Virus record (IMG/VR): IMGVR_UViG_3300010392_000224
Source of the DNA: a virus
Direction: 5' to 3' (one strand)
DNA: 48,061 bases
Shown here piece after piece: positions 21,195-31,047 of this stretch. Position 1 is the first letter of the stretch. Each line of letters begins with the position of its first letter. Below the pieces are notes generated by a model. That model was not told the origin of the DNA and did no database searches. It was given only the letters and a program-made list of their open reading frames with translations. A program made the position numbers and the translations under genes.

Positions 21195-21294
21195 CACATA
21201 CGGGGGGATACTCTATTCCTCTACGTCTACTTCGTAGACTGTTTACAGGAATCATTTTATACTATGGATTCGACAAACAAATGGAGTATAACCG

Positions 21295-22593
21295 ATGGCT
21301 CATAACCTAACGGCTATTGCGAGAGCAGTAGCTGAATCTATTTGGTCTATACTACCTCCGCCACCTAGTGGCTCATACTCTGATGATGATTACCCAGCTA
21401 CCCCTGACTACAATGAGACGGGTGCTATCTTCTTTGATAGTGCAGCTGTTGGTGCAAATGATGGTACTAGCTGGACTGATGCATACTCTGATGAAGAGAC
21501 AGCACTGAATGCACTATGTGCCTCTGCTGCTGGTACTATGCTAACCTGTCGTGGTACATTCGACATAGGTACAGGTATATCCCTGTCAGGAGATGGTGGG
21601 GTAGGTAACAGTTCCAACTGGTATGTATTCCGTGCTGATCCAGTTGCTGGGTGTGACATAACAGCATCTAATGATACTGGTATTGAGTTTGGTGGACAGG
21701 CTTATTGGATTGTACATGGCTTTAACCAGACTGGTGGTAGCCGTATATTCTCTTACTATCCGGGTGGTTCTAGTTCTGGTGGTGTAGACCACATGACGTT
21801 CCGTTATCTGACTGGTACTATGGGTGCTGGTGGAGATAACGTAGGTACTGTGCACATGGATACATCCAGTGCAGACTACATTGGTGTATTTGATTGTAAC
21901 ATCGTAGGTCCGGGTACGGGTACTCACGGTAACACAGCCTGCATATTCTTTAGCCGAGTACCACACTGGCGTGTATACAACAACGTGCTGAGTAATGCTC
22001 CTAATGGATTCTACTATAAGCACTTCAGTACATCTGCGTATGCCGGAACAGGACAGCAGTTCTTTGTGAACAATTATGTGCATACTTGTAACGTTGTCCA
22101 CATAGCCTGTAAGGGCGCTACGTTCAACAATAACATCATAGATACTAACCTGTTGGTCGCTGATGATGGGGGCGGTGATAACGGCGCAGATGACAACACA
22201 TTCACTCACAATACCATTACTGGGTACTTAGAGCTGTCAAACCTAGATAACATTGCAAACGGAAACACTGTGCGCAATAACATCATCGAAGGTAACTATC
22301 TTATTGTACCATACCAGGTTGCTGTGGCTTCTACTAACGTATCTGACTACAACCTGTATGGTGGAACTATCCGCTATCAGAATGATTCTGGTTTATCCCT
22401 AGCTGCATGGCTTGCACTTCCTACAGTACCAGCTGCTCAGGATGGCAACTCAATAGCAGGTAGCCCAACATACACAGGAGGAGCAAGTCCTACTACTATC
22501 GCTGGGTTCGCTTTATCAGGGGGCAATGGGGTAAGTGCTGCTAGTGATGGTACTGACATGGGTGCTGATACTACAACTGTGGGAGTTAACTAA
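21295..22593 (+). CDS. Right-handed parallel beta-helix protein (tailspike / depolymerase-like)
   Basis: 432 aa, GGAG RBS 8 nt upstream. Repeated beta-helix-type turns are present (YNNVLSNAPNG, FNNNIIDTN, THNTITG, VRNNIIEGN), and the protein is Gly/Asn/Thr rich. Confidence 0.65.
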   Translation: MAHNLTAIARAVAESIWSILPPPPSGSYSDDDYPATPDYNETGAIFFDSAAVGANDGTSWTDAYSDEETALNALCASAAGTMLTCRGTFDIGTGISLSGDGGVGNSSNWYVFRADPVAGCDITASNDTGIEFGGQAYWIVHGFNQTGGSRIFSYYPGGSSSGGVDHMTFRYLTGTMGAGGDNVGTVHMDTSSADYIGVFDCNIVGPGTGTHGNTACIFFSRVPHWRVYNNVLSNAPNGFYYKHFSTSAYAGTGQQFFVNNYVHTCNVVHIACKGATFNNNIIDTNLLVADDGGGDNGADDNTFTHNTITGYLELSNLDNIANGNTVRNNIIEGNYLIVPYQVAVASTNVSDYNLYGGTIRYQNDSGLSLAAWLALPTVPAAQDGNSIAGSPTYTGGASPTTIAGFALSGGNGVSAASDGTDMGADTTTVGVN

Positions 22594-23888
22594 TGGCTAC
22601 GTATAACGATACATTTACGAGAGCAGACGAAAATCCCCTAGCAGCACCGTGGTCGACTTGCGACGGCTCTGGCTTACAGCTGGTATCTAATCAACTGAAA
22701 TCAGCCGCCGCTGGTGCAGGCCACGTATCAGCACTTACTGGCGAGAGCTGGGACAATGACCAAACCGCCGAGGTACAGGTAACAACAATACAGGGATATG
22801 ACTTTGCTGGTCCTGTTATCAGATTCAATGCCACCAGTGGTGGTAATGGCTACGTGGGTATGGGAGAGTTTGGCGACGGGCGCTTCTACTGCTATAGGGT
22901 GGACAACGGTACATGGACAAGCCTTGGTTTCCGCTCTGTTACATTTTCAGCCAACGATGTTCTTAAGATAGGAGCAGTTGGTACAAGCATAACCCTATAC
23001 GTTAATGATGTAGCACAGGGGGCGTCCTTCACTGATGCAACTCACACAGCTGGTTCTCCGGGCGTGGCATACAACTTCGGCGACAGTAACCTAACTCTGC
23101 TAGATAACTTTTCAGCAACAGGTCACCAAGCAGGCGTATCAGTAGTTCTGGATCAGGCAACGGCTGAGCCGGGTGATACTATCACATGGACAGAGGATTT
23201 CACTGGTACTGTAACCACAGCTACCCTGACTGATAGCTTTGGTAATAGTTGTTCACTGACAAGTATCACAGACAACGGAGACGGTACTGGTAGTGCAGTT
23301 ATACCAACGTTGTCACAGGGTCAGGACTTTGTAATACTGGAGTCAAACATAACGGTGACATTAGGCGATGGAACTGACACAGCCACTGACACCATAGACA
23401 TGACATCTATTACTGGGTACACAATACTCACAGTATCTGGTGCAGCAAGCGTGTTCGACGAGGAAGACTGGGCCTACGGATTCACTACAGCTATTGCCAA
23501 CGGAGATCAGTTTGTGTACGTAACGGCTGACAGCAGCTTTGTTACTCACTCAGCTAATGGTGGATCAGATGCAACAGCAGCTGGTACATCAACTGGGTAC
23601 ACGATCGATGCAACTGATGGCGCAGTTACATCAATATCAATTGAGTATCTGTCAGGTGATGGTAGTGGTGATGTTCCAGTACTGTACAGACAGAGTGGTA
23701 TGTTGCTTGGTATTTGGTTAGATGGACAGGGATACTCAGGATCTTTTAACGATATGTTAGGAAAGTACTTGACAGATCAGGGATTTTCTGGTACACTAAA
23801 CGACAAACTAAATTCGTACCTAAATAGTCTTGGCTATTCTTCCGGTAGTCTATCTGACAAACTCAATCGCTGGATGAAGGGTAGCTAA
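22593..23888 (+). CDS. Tail fibre-like protein with lectin/LamG-like N-terminal domain and C-terminal 17-aa repeats
   Basis: Its start overlaps the upstream stop (TAATG). The N-terminal ~190 aa resemble a concanavalin-like jelly roll (FTRADENPL..W......LQLVSNQL...). The C-terminus has three tandem G(Y/F)S(G/S)..(N/S)D.L..(Y/W)(L/M) units. Confidence 0.55.
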   Translation: MATYNDTFTRADENPLAAPWSTCDGSGLQLVSNQLKSAAAGAGHVSALTGESWDNDQTAEVQVTTIQGYDFAGPVIRFNATSGGNGYVGMGEFGDGRFYCYRVDNGTWTSLGFRSVTFSANDVLKIGAVGTSITLYVNDVAQGASFTDATHTAGSPGVAYNFGDSNLTLLDNFSATGHQAGVSVVLDQATAEPGDTITWTEDFTGTVTTATLTDSFGNSCSLTSITDNGDGTGSAVIPTLSQGQDFVILESNITVTLGDGTDTATDTIDMTSITGYTILTVSGAASVFDEEDWAYGFTTAIANGDQFVYVTADSSFVTHSANGGSDATAAGTSTGYTIDATDGAVTSISIEYLSGDGSGDVPVLYRQSGMLLGIWLDGQGYSGSFNDMLGKYLTDQGFSGTLNDKLNSYLNSLGYSSGSLSDKLNRWMKGS

Positions 23889-23889
23889 C

Positions 23890-24399
23890 ATGAAACTAAA
23901 CGCACTCAACCTTGAGATGAAAAACGTAAATGGGACATACCTGACCTCTGGTTTGTTCTTTGAGACTGATCAACGGGAACCGAAAGGTGCTGTATATACC
24001 TTCAAGGACGAAGACCTCAAGCATAACGGTAAGAAGTATATATCGTTAAAAGCAATCTATATGCAGTTTGACCATGTTCCAGAGATGGAATATGACTTCG
24101 CTAACCAATACTTAGGAGGATGGGAACACTGGCAAAAGATTTGTGAAAGCCCGGCAACGGCTCCGTACATTGAAAAGTGGAGAGAAGAACTTGCTATTAA
24201 AATCAGATCAGAATCCATCAAGGGGGTGATCCAGCAATCTAGGACGGAGAAAGGATTCCAAGCAGCCAAGTGGCTAGCTGAGGGTGGGTATTCTCCTAAG
24301 AAGCGCGGCCGCCCTTCTAAAGAGGAAGTCGAGCGGGAGGCTCGTATACAAGCGGGTGTTGATGAAAACATTGATGATATGTGGAAGAGAATCAACTAG
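23890..24399 (+). CDS. terS: Putative small terminase subunit
   Basis: 169 aa immediately upstream of and overlapping the large terminase. It has a basic AT-hook-like KKRGRPSK segment. The call is mainly positional. Confidence 0.5.
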   Translation: MKLNALNLEMKNVNGTYLTSGLFFETDQREPKGAVYTFKDEDLKHNGKKYISLKAIYMQFDHVPEMEYDFANQYLGGWEHWQKICESPATAPYIEKWREELAIKIRSESIKGVIQQSRTEKGFQAAKWLAEGGYSPKKRGRPSKEEVEREARIQAGVDENIDDMWKRIN

Positions 24400-25979
24400 T
24401 GCGTAAATCAGAAACCAAAGAACGGTTACTGGAGATAAAGGAGCAGGCAGAGGCGGACTTATTTAAGTTCGCCAAGCTTGTTAATCCATCTTACCAGTAT
24501 GGTGATATACATAAGCGAGTCTTTAGATGGCTACAAGAAGAGGGCGACGGTCTTAAACAACTGCTGCTCCTGCCTCGTGGTCATCTAAAGTCTCACTGCA
24601 TGGCAGTGTGGTGTGCATGGTGGATAACCAAGCATCCTGACACTATCATTGTATACCTATCTGCTACATCCGAGCTAGCGGAGAAGCAACTGTATTCAAT
24701 ACAGAACATGCTAACACATCCAAACTACTCACGAGTCTGGCCTGATATGGTTAACCCTGACGCAGGTAAGCGTGCTAAATGGTCAGCTACCAAGCTTGCT
24801 GTGGATCACCCAATGCGTAAGGTAAACAACGTACGTGATTGGACCGTTCAGACAGCTGGCCTAACGACTAACACCACTGGGTGGCACTGTGACGTACTGG
24901 TATCAGACGACGTGGTGGTTCCAGACAACGCCTACACAGAGGATGGGCGGCGCAAGGTCGCAGCGTCGATGGGCCAGATGCACTCTATCTTAAACCCAGC
25001 AGGTCTGCTCAAGGCGTGTGGTACTCGTTACCATCCGCAGGATTATTACCAGACAGTCATTGATACTGAGATCGCTATCTGGGATATGGAGAGTGATGAG
25101 ATCATAGGGTACAAACCATCTTGGGATATTATGGAAGAGGTGGTAGAGATAGACGGCGTGTTCCTATGGCCGCGTACCTACATGTATGATGCCAAGGGCA
25201 ACAAGACCAAGGCGTTTGGATTTGATAGGCAGGTACTTGAGGAGATCAAGGGCGGTTACACAGGTGACCCAGCACAGTTCTACTCACAGTACTATAACGA
25301 TCCTAATGACGCAAGCCTAGACAAGATCAGCCGTGACTCCTTCCAGTACTTTGAGCCAACAATGCTACGAAGGTCTGCTGGTATCTGGACGTATGGCAGA
25401 GACAATAAAGAATTAAAGATCTATGCAGCCGTTGACTTTGCATTCTCACTGGCAAAGACAGCTGACTACACAGCCATTGTTGTGGTGGGCGTTGACTGTG
25501 ATGGTAACTACTACATACTAGACATCGACAGGTTCAAGACTGACAGGATCTCTACATACTTTGAACGTATAGTATATCTCCACGATCGTTGGGGATTTAA
25601 AGTTCTACGGGCTGAAGCTACAGTGGCTCAGTCAGTTATCGTTAACGACCTCAAGGATTACATAAAGAGAGAGGGCCTTGTACTAAAGATTGACAGCTAC
25701 AAGCCTACACGTAATGAGGGAACAAAGGAAGAAAGGATCTCAGCGATACTTGATCATAAGTATGAACAAGGTGCTATATGGCACTTCCAAGGTGGATATA
25801 CACCAATGCTTGAGGAAGAGCTGGTGCTAAAGAACCCACCACACGATGATATAAAAGATGCCCTAGCTGCCGCAGTAGATGTTGCGGTTAAGCCATTTGA
25901 TATGCGTGGGCGATCCACTAACCAAAACAAAATAATCTACGGCAGATTCGGCGGCGTCGCTGGGATTCGGAGGAACTAA
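24381..25979 (+). CDS. terL: Large terminase subunit (ATPase plus nuclease)
   Basis: Walker A-like LLLPRGHLKSH, Walker B-like DVLVSDDVV, and nuclease-domain acidic motifs (AAVDFAFS, HDDIKDALAAA). The start is GTG at 24381 or GTG at 24399. Confidence 0.9.
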   Translation: MEENQLVRKSETKERLLEIKEQAEADLFKFAKLVNPSYQYGDIHKRVFRWLQEEGDGLKQLLLLPRGHLKSHCMAVWCAWWITKHPDTIIVYLSATSELAEKQLYSIQNMLTHPNYSRVWPDMVNPDAGKRAKWSATKLAVDHPMRKVNNVRDWTVQTAGLTTNTTGWHCDVLVSDDVVVPDNAYTEDGRRKVAASMGQMHSILNPAGLLKACGTRYHPQDYYQTVIDTEIAIWDMESDEIIGYKPSWDIMEEVVEIDGVFLWPRTYMYDAKGNKTKAFGFDRQVLEEIKGGYTGDPAQFYSQYYNDPNDASLDKISRDSFQYFEPTMLRRSAGIWTYGRDNKELKIYAAVDFAFSLAKTADYTAIVVVGVDCDGNYYILDIDRFKTDRISTYFERIVYLHDRWGFKVLRAEATVAQSVIVNDLKDYIKREGLVLKIDSYKPTRNEGTKEERISAILDHKYEQGAIWHFQGGYTPMLEEELVLKNPPHDDIKDALAAAVDVAVKPFDMRGRSTNQNKIIYGRFGGVAGIRRN

Positions 25980-27736
25980 TGGCAGGAGATCTATTAACAT
26001 TTACTAGCGGCACGGAAGAGGACTTCGTAGTTGCCGAGCAGGTAAGTGCTCACTATGTGGACTGGGCCAACCAGTTTAGTTCGCACCGAGAGCGCATGGC
26101 TGAAGTGCAGGAGTATCTTCAGGCTACGGATACGTCTGTCACAAGTAACGACAGCAACGGGTGGAACAATACCACACACATCCCCAAGCTGACACAGATA
26201 CGTGATAACCTTTATGCAAACTACCAGACAGGGCTGTTTCCAAACGAGCAGTGGATGCGCTGGGAGCATGATGGTATAAACCCAGATGATGCCCAGAAGC
26301 GCGCAGTCATCGAAGGCTATATGGCTAACAAGACACGCTTCCCTGCGTTCAGAGAGGAAGTAAACCAGCTACTGTTGGATTACATTGACGATGGTAATGC
26401 ATACGCTTACTCGGAGTATACCAGACTTACCCGTGTAGATGAGGTAACTGGCGAAGAAATTACTGTGTTTGAGGGACCAGTACCACGACGTATTGATCCA
26501 AACGACATCGTGTACAACCCAATAGCATCGTCTTGGGAAGAGACACCCACCATTGTTGTAAGCAACATGACAGAGGGAGATCTCTTGAAATGGGCTGAAC
26601 GACAGAATGATATGGAACTTCTTGCTAAGGTGCACGAAGTAATCGAACGTAGGAACAAGGTTCGTAGTGGTGCGCTGACATCAGAGCAGACCAAGGACAT
26701 GAAGAAGCTGGAGTTGGCCGGGCTTGGTAATATGTATTCTTACCTAACAGGCAACCTAGTTGAGGTACTTACGTTCTATGGTGACATGTATGATCCCATT
26801 AAGCGGGCGATCACGTACAACCAGAAGATCATAGTAGCAGATCGCACAGAGCTACTGATGCGTAAAGATAACCCAAGTTGGGTTGGTAAGCCAATACTAC
26901 ACTCTGTATGGCGTCGCCGTCCGGGCACGCTGATTGGTATGAGTGTTATGGAGAACCTACTTGGTATGCAGTATCGCATCAACCATCTTGAGAACATGAA
27001 GGCAGATGCACTAGACCTAAACGTCTACCCACCATTCAAGATTTATGGCAACGTACCAGAGTTTGAATGGGGACCAAACTGCCAGATCCACATACCAGAC
27101 CCAGATGCTGGTGACGTTAAGCGGGAGTCTCCTGACTTATCAGCTATGTCCCTTGGCATTGAGATCAATCAGATCATGGATTGGATGGAAGAGTTTGCTG
27201 GGGCACCAAAGGAATCAATGGGCTTCCGTACACCGGGAGAGAAGACAGCCTTCGAAGTTAATCAGCTCATGACTAGTGCTGGTCGTGTATTCCAAGAGAA
27301 GATCACAAACTTTGAGGTGTCCCTACTTGAGCCGCTACTGAACCTGATGTTGTCAGAGGCACGCAATAACTTGGTAGGAAAAGACCTAGCTCTGATATTC
27401 AACGATGTAACACAGGCATCCAAGTTTGTAGACGTGAGTGCTACTGACCTCAAGACATCGGGCAAGCTACGCCCAATTGGCGCACGTCACTTTAGTGAGC
27501 AGCGTCAGCTGATTCAGAACCTAGTGGGTATTATGAACAGCCCACTCGGGCCTAAGCTATTGCCGCACATGTCAGGTAAGGACATCTATGTAGCTGTAGA
27601 GAATGCTCTTGGCATAGAGAAGTGGCGTTTGTTCGGTGAGAACAACGGAATAGCAGAGATGCTTGAGCAGCAGCAGTTCGCCAGAGAAGGTCAGGCAATC
27701 AATAATAGTGTAGCAGGTACGGAGTTAGGAGACTAA
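25979..27736 (+). CDS. Portal protein
   Basis: 585 aa. Its start overlaps the terL stop (TAATG). Size and position are typical of a podovirus portal. Confidence 0.8.
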   Translation: MAGDLLTFTSGTEEDFVVAEQVSAHYVDWANQFSSHRERMAEVQEYLQATDTSVTSNDSNGWNNTTHIPKLTQIRDNLYANYQTGLFPNEQWMRWEHDGINPDDAQKRAVIEGYMANKTRFPAFREEVNQLLLDYIDDGNAYAYSEYTRLTRVDEVTGEEITVFEGPVPRRIDPNDIVYNPIASSWEETPTIVVSNMTEGDLLKWAERQNDMELLAKVHEVIERRNKVRSGALTSEQTKDMKKLELAGLGNMYSYLTGNLVEVLTFYGDMYDPIKRAITYNQKIIVADRTELLMRKDNPSWVGKPILHSVWRRRPGTLIGMSVMENLLGMQYRINHLENMKADALDLNVYPPFKIYGNVPEFEWGPNCQIHIPDPDAGDVKRESPDLSAMSLGIEINQIMDWMEEFAGAPKESMGFRTPGEKTAFEVNQLMTSAGRVFQEKITNFEVSLLEPLLNLMLSEARNNLVGKDLALIFNDVTQASKFVDVSATDLKTSGKLRPIGARHFSEQRQLIQNLVGIMNSPLGPKLLPHMSGKDIYVAVENALGIEKWRLFGENNGIAEMLEQQQFAREGQAINNSVAGTELGD

Positions 27737-27737
27737 T

Positions 27738-27986
27738 ATGCAAGTTAACCGACGATGGTACACCAAAGATAACAAGGAAGAGATGCAAGAATTATTGATG
27801 CAGAATAAAATAATTCTTGACAAATTAAAACAGCTGTGCTATAATGGCGTCCAAGAGGGTGAGCAGAAGCGTAGGTCTCCTGCTAGGTTTGACGATCCTA
27901 ATTGGGCCTATGAGCAGGCTTTCACTAATGGATACCTGCACGCCTTATACCAATTAGAAGATTTATTCACCATAACAGAGGACTAA
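27738..27986 (+). CDS. Hypothetical protein (82 aa)
   Basis: Starts 1 nt after the portal stop. No motif. Confidence 0.6.
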   Translation: MQVNRRWYTKDNKEEMQELLMQNKIILDKLKQLCYNGVQEGEQKRRSPARFDDPNWAYEQAFTNGYLHALYQLEDLFTITED

Positions 27987-27992
27987 AGCATT

Positions 27993-28712
27993 ATGACCAG
28001 TAATGTCTTTGAAGATGATAACGGAGCAACTGCTTCCACACCCACACAACCAACAAGCTCTCCTGCACCAGATACCGACCAGTATCAAGAGCTGCTTAAG
28101 ACAATCACCCGCGAGGATGGTAGTCCTAAGTATGATTCTTTGGAGAAAGCAATGGAAGGATTTAAACACTCACAGGACCACATCGCTCGATTGGAAGCCG
28201 AGAATCGTGAACTGCGAGAAGTATCCGTCCGTGCTAAAACCTTAGAAGAGATGATTACCAAGATGCAGGGTACTCCATCTCATGATCAGAATCGACAGTC
28301 GCAGGCGCAGACCAGCACTACTCCGACGTTGACAGAGGATCAAATTGCTGAAATGGCTAATCGGGTTTACGATAATCGTACTCGTGCACAGATAGTACAG
28401 GATAACTTGAACAAGTTTTCATCCTCCATTGGGGAGCGATTCGGAGACAAGGCACGCGAAGAGTTTAATAACGCTCTGAGCAATTCAGGTTTAACCAAGG
28501 AGCAAGTGCAAAGTATTGCATCAACCAACCCAGCAGCAGCCATTAAAATTTTGGGACTTGATAAATCTGCTGTTCCAGATACGCAGCCACGTAGTACTCA
28601 GCGTGCTCACCCAGCATTTAAAACATATGAGGGTGTGCCTGAGAAACAAGAAGGAGAGTCTAATTCAGATTTCTTCAAGCGTGTTGCTGCTTACTATCGG
28701 AATGGTGGGTGA
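27993..28712 (+). CDS. Putative scaffolding protein
   Basis: 239 aa, rich in Gln/Glu/Ala/Thr, with helical-looking heptads. It lies between the portal and capsid genes, as in T7 gp9. Confidence 0.6.
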   Translation: MTSNVFEDDNGATASTPTQPTSSPAPDTDQYQELLKTITREDGSPKYDSLEKAMEGFKHSQDHIARLEAENRELREVSVRAKTLEEMITKMQGTPSHDQNRQSQAQTSTTPTLTEDQIAEMANRVYDNRTRAQIVQDNLNKFSSSIGERFGDKAREEFNNALSNSGLTKEQVQSIASTNPAAAIKILGLDKSAVPDTQPRSTQRAHPAFKTYEGVPEKQEGESNSDFFKRVAAYYRNGG

Positions 28713-28733
28713 TAGCTAATTAGGGGATAATAC

Positions 28734-29702
28734 ATGGCTACCACTTCCACAAGTAATACAGACTTTATCGAAGCGAACATCCACTCGGCATTCGTTCTTC
28801 GTACGTTACCAGACAGTCTGTTGCCTATGGCATTCTACCGCAATGTGACGGATTTTGCTCGGGGTACTACCCTCGACATTCCTACCATCGGTACGGTAAC
28901 AATCCAAGAGGTTAGTGAAAACGTACCTCTTGACTATAAAGCTATCGACTCCGGTACAGTGAACTTAACTATCACTGACTACGTCGGTAACGCTTGGTAC
29001 ATCACTGACGTTATGCGTCAAGATGGTACTCAAGTTGATCTGTTGGTTAATGCACAGGCTGAGGAAACTCGTCGAGCATTGGCTGAATACTTTGAAACTC
29101 GTTGCTACGAAGTTTTGAATGCAGGTCAAACATCAGGAGCAGCTAACAACGTCAATGGTTTTGCTCACCGTTTCAACGCCTCTGGCGATAACGATGAGAT
29201 TGAAATTGCTGACTTGTCTTCTATGCGCCTGTCATTCGACAAAGCCAACGCACCTCAGGGTGGCCGTATTGCTATTGTTGATCCAGTTGTTGGTGCTTCA
29301 TTGGAGCAAAAACTTTCAGCTAACTATAGTGTCAACAAGACACCTATGGTAGAGTCTGTCATGACTGACGGTTTTGTTAAAGACCACCGGTTCATGTTCA
29401 ACATCTATGGCTGGGACGTTTGGACTTCTAACAAACTGCCTACTACTACAGAGACGCTGACCCACTGGGATGGCACTGGTTCTAGCTCTATCACTAACGG
29501 TGTGTGTAACATCTTTATGTGTGTGGGTGATGACCAAGTAACACCTCTGATGTATGCTTCTCGTCAGGCTGTTAAGACTGAGGGTGAGCGTAACAAGGAT
29601 CGTCAACGCGATGAGTTCCTGACTACTGAGCGTTATGGTCTGGGTGTACAGCGAGTTGATACTTATGGTATCATCGTAACTAGCCCAACCGCACTGGACT
29701 AA
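28734..29702 (+). CDS. Major capsid protein
   Basis: 322 aa with a good RBS (AGGGGA), positioned after the scaffold gene and followed within one gene by a strong terminator. The call rests on synteny and size. Confidence 0.75.
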   Translation: MATTSTSNTDFIEANIHSAFVLRTLPDSLLPMAFYRNVTDFARGTTLDIPTIGTVTIQEVSENVPLDYKAIDSGTVNLTITDYVGNAWYITDVMRQDGTQVDLLVNAQAEETRRALAEYFETRCYEVLNAGQTSGAANNVNGFAHRFNASGDNDEIEIADLSSMRLSFDKANAPQGGRIAIVDPVVGASLEQKLSANYSVNKTPMVESVMTDGFVKDHRFMFNIYGWDVWTSNKLPTTTETLTHWDGTGSSSITNGVCNIFMCVGDDQVTPLMYASRQAVKTEGERNKDRQRDEFLTTERYGLGVQRVDTYGIIVTSPTALD

Positions 29703-29714
29703 TAGGAGGATAAT

Positions 29715-30200
29715 ATGGCTAAAACATCACTTGGCACATGGGAAAGTAACACCGGCTTGGGTGTACAATCTCACTATGGTGCGCGTGGTACATCGGATGC
29801 TGGTGGCGTAATCGTCACCGAGGGCATTCGTAATGAGGTTCGTCTAATCGTAGATGGCACTATGTTATCTAACGGCGCATTGCCTTTGGCACGCCTGAAG
29901 ATTCCAGCAGGCGCTAAGGTTATTCGTGCAGACGTTGCCGTGAGTGAGGCTTTCACTATTGGTGGTACTACACCAGCAGTTGAAATTGGTACTCAAGGAT
30001 CAGAAGCAACCAACGGTTTCCAAATTACAGAAGCGCAAGCTGAAGCAGTTGGTAGCGTTGAGATTACTTCGTTCAATGGTACTTGGGCGGCTGAGTTAGC
30101 AGCAGAAACAACCATCGATGTAGCGTTGTCAGGCACCTCGCCTACCTCCGCTGCAACTGGTGAGATGTCTGTTACTATCACTTACGTCAAGCAAGACTAA
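29715..30200 (+). CDS. Hypothetical structural protein (161 aa)
   Basis: AGGAGGA RBS, beta-rich and Gly/Thr/Ala rich. It is the last gene before the terminator, so a capsid accessory role is possible. Confidence 0.55.
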   Translation: MAKTSLGTWESNTGLGVQSHYGARGTSDAGGVIVTEGIRNEVRLIVDGTMLSNGALPLARLKIPAGAKVIRADVAVSEAFTIGGTTPAVEIGTQGSEATNGFQITEAQAEAVGSVEITSFNGTWAAELAAETTIDVALSGTSPTSAATGEMSVTITYVKQD

Positions 30201-30270
30201 GTAACAATACCCCTCACGCCTCAATGGATTGGGCAGTCCCGGTCGGGCGCACCAGAGGGGTTACTTTACA

Positions 30271-30295
30271 GGGGGCGTTATGCCCCTTTTATTTT
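30271..30295 (+). terminator. Rho-independent terminator after the capsid genes
   Basis: GGGGC (30272-30276) / GCCCC (30282-30286) with a GTTAT loop, followed by TTTTATTTT. Confidence 0.8.
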
Positions 30296-30306
30296 GAAGG
30301 TGAGAT

Positions 30307-31044
30307 ATGCCACAATATACAGTACTAGAGCTTGTCAACGACATTCTTAATGAAGGTGACATGGATCCTGTAGATACTTGGAATGAGACCATCGAATCAA
30401 CCCAGATTGGCAATCTCATTGAAACAGTATTCTACGAGTATCACGCATCCAACGTAATACCGGCACAGATGGAGCTAGCTAATCCTACGGCAGCAGCTGG
30501 TAATACTTACTACACAATACCAACAGACGTTATGGAAATCCAGTGGATTCTGTTGGATGATGGTACTTCTTCTAGGAAGAAACTAAAACACCTAGAACCA
30601 AAAGCATTTATAGATATACTAGACACATCAGGCACAGCAGTAGTAGATCCTAACACAGGCGTTAGCCTAGAGTTTAATGTCACTACCGATCCAGAGTACT
30701 GGACATCCTTTGACGATGAGTATATCTGTATTAACAGTTACGATACTACACCACCAGCGGTAACAGAGCTGTTGATGTATGTACGTAAAGAGCCGAGCAT
30801 AACAATAGCAGACGCTACTATCCCTGACATACCAAATGATAGCATTGCACATTTCAACACAGAGGTAAAGACCCGTGCGCTATATATGCTTAACCTTGAA
30901 ATTAACCCACTAGTAGAAATGAAACGACGAGAGCTTGCCGCTATTGCGTCACGACGTAATTGGGTAGCTGATGGTAAAATCCGTACAGCTAACTATGGAC
31001 GTAAGGGCAGGACTTCTCGACGCAACGTTCAATTGAGGAAATAA
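30307..31044 (+). CDS. Head-tail adaptor / tail tubular protein A-like
   Basis: 245 aa. It is the first gene after the capsid terminator and precedes the ~900-aa nozzle-like protein, mirroring the T7 gp11-gp12 order. Positional call. Confidence 0.5.
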   Translation: MPQYTVLELVNDILNEGDMDPVDTWNETIESTQIGNLIETVFYEYHASNVIPAQMELANPTAAAGNTYYTIPTDVMEIQWILLDDGTSSRKKLKHLEPKAFIDILDTSGTAVVDPNTGVSLEFNVTTDPEYWTSFDDEYICINSYDTTPPAVTELLMYVRKEPSITIADATIPDIPNDSIAHFNTEVKTRALYMLNLEINPLVEMKRRELAAIASRRNWVADGKIRTANYGRKGRTSRRNVQLRK

Positions 31045-31047
31045 ACT

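Noticed and set aside
21586-22209. A 207-aa minus-strand ORF opposite the beta-helix gene.
   Set aside because: It lies on the antisense strand of a gene with repeated beta-helix motifs. Its Thr/Ile/Val-rich composition mirrors the sense codons. No start context is present.
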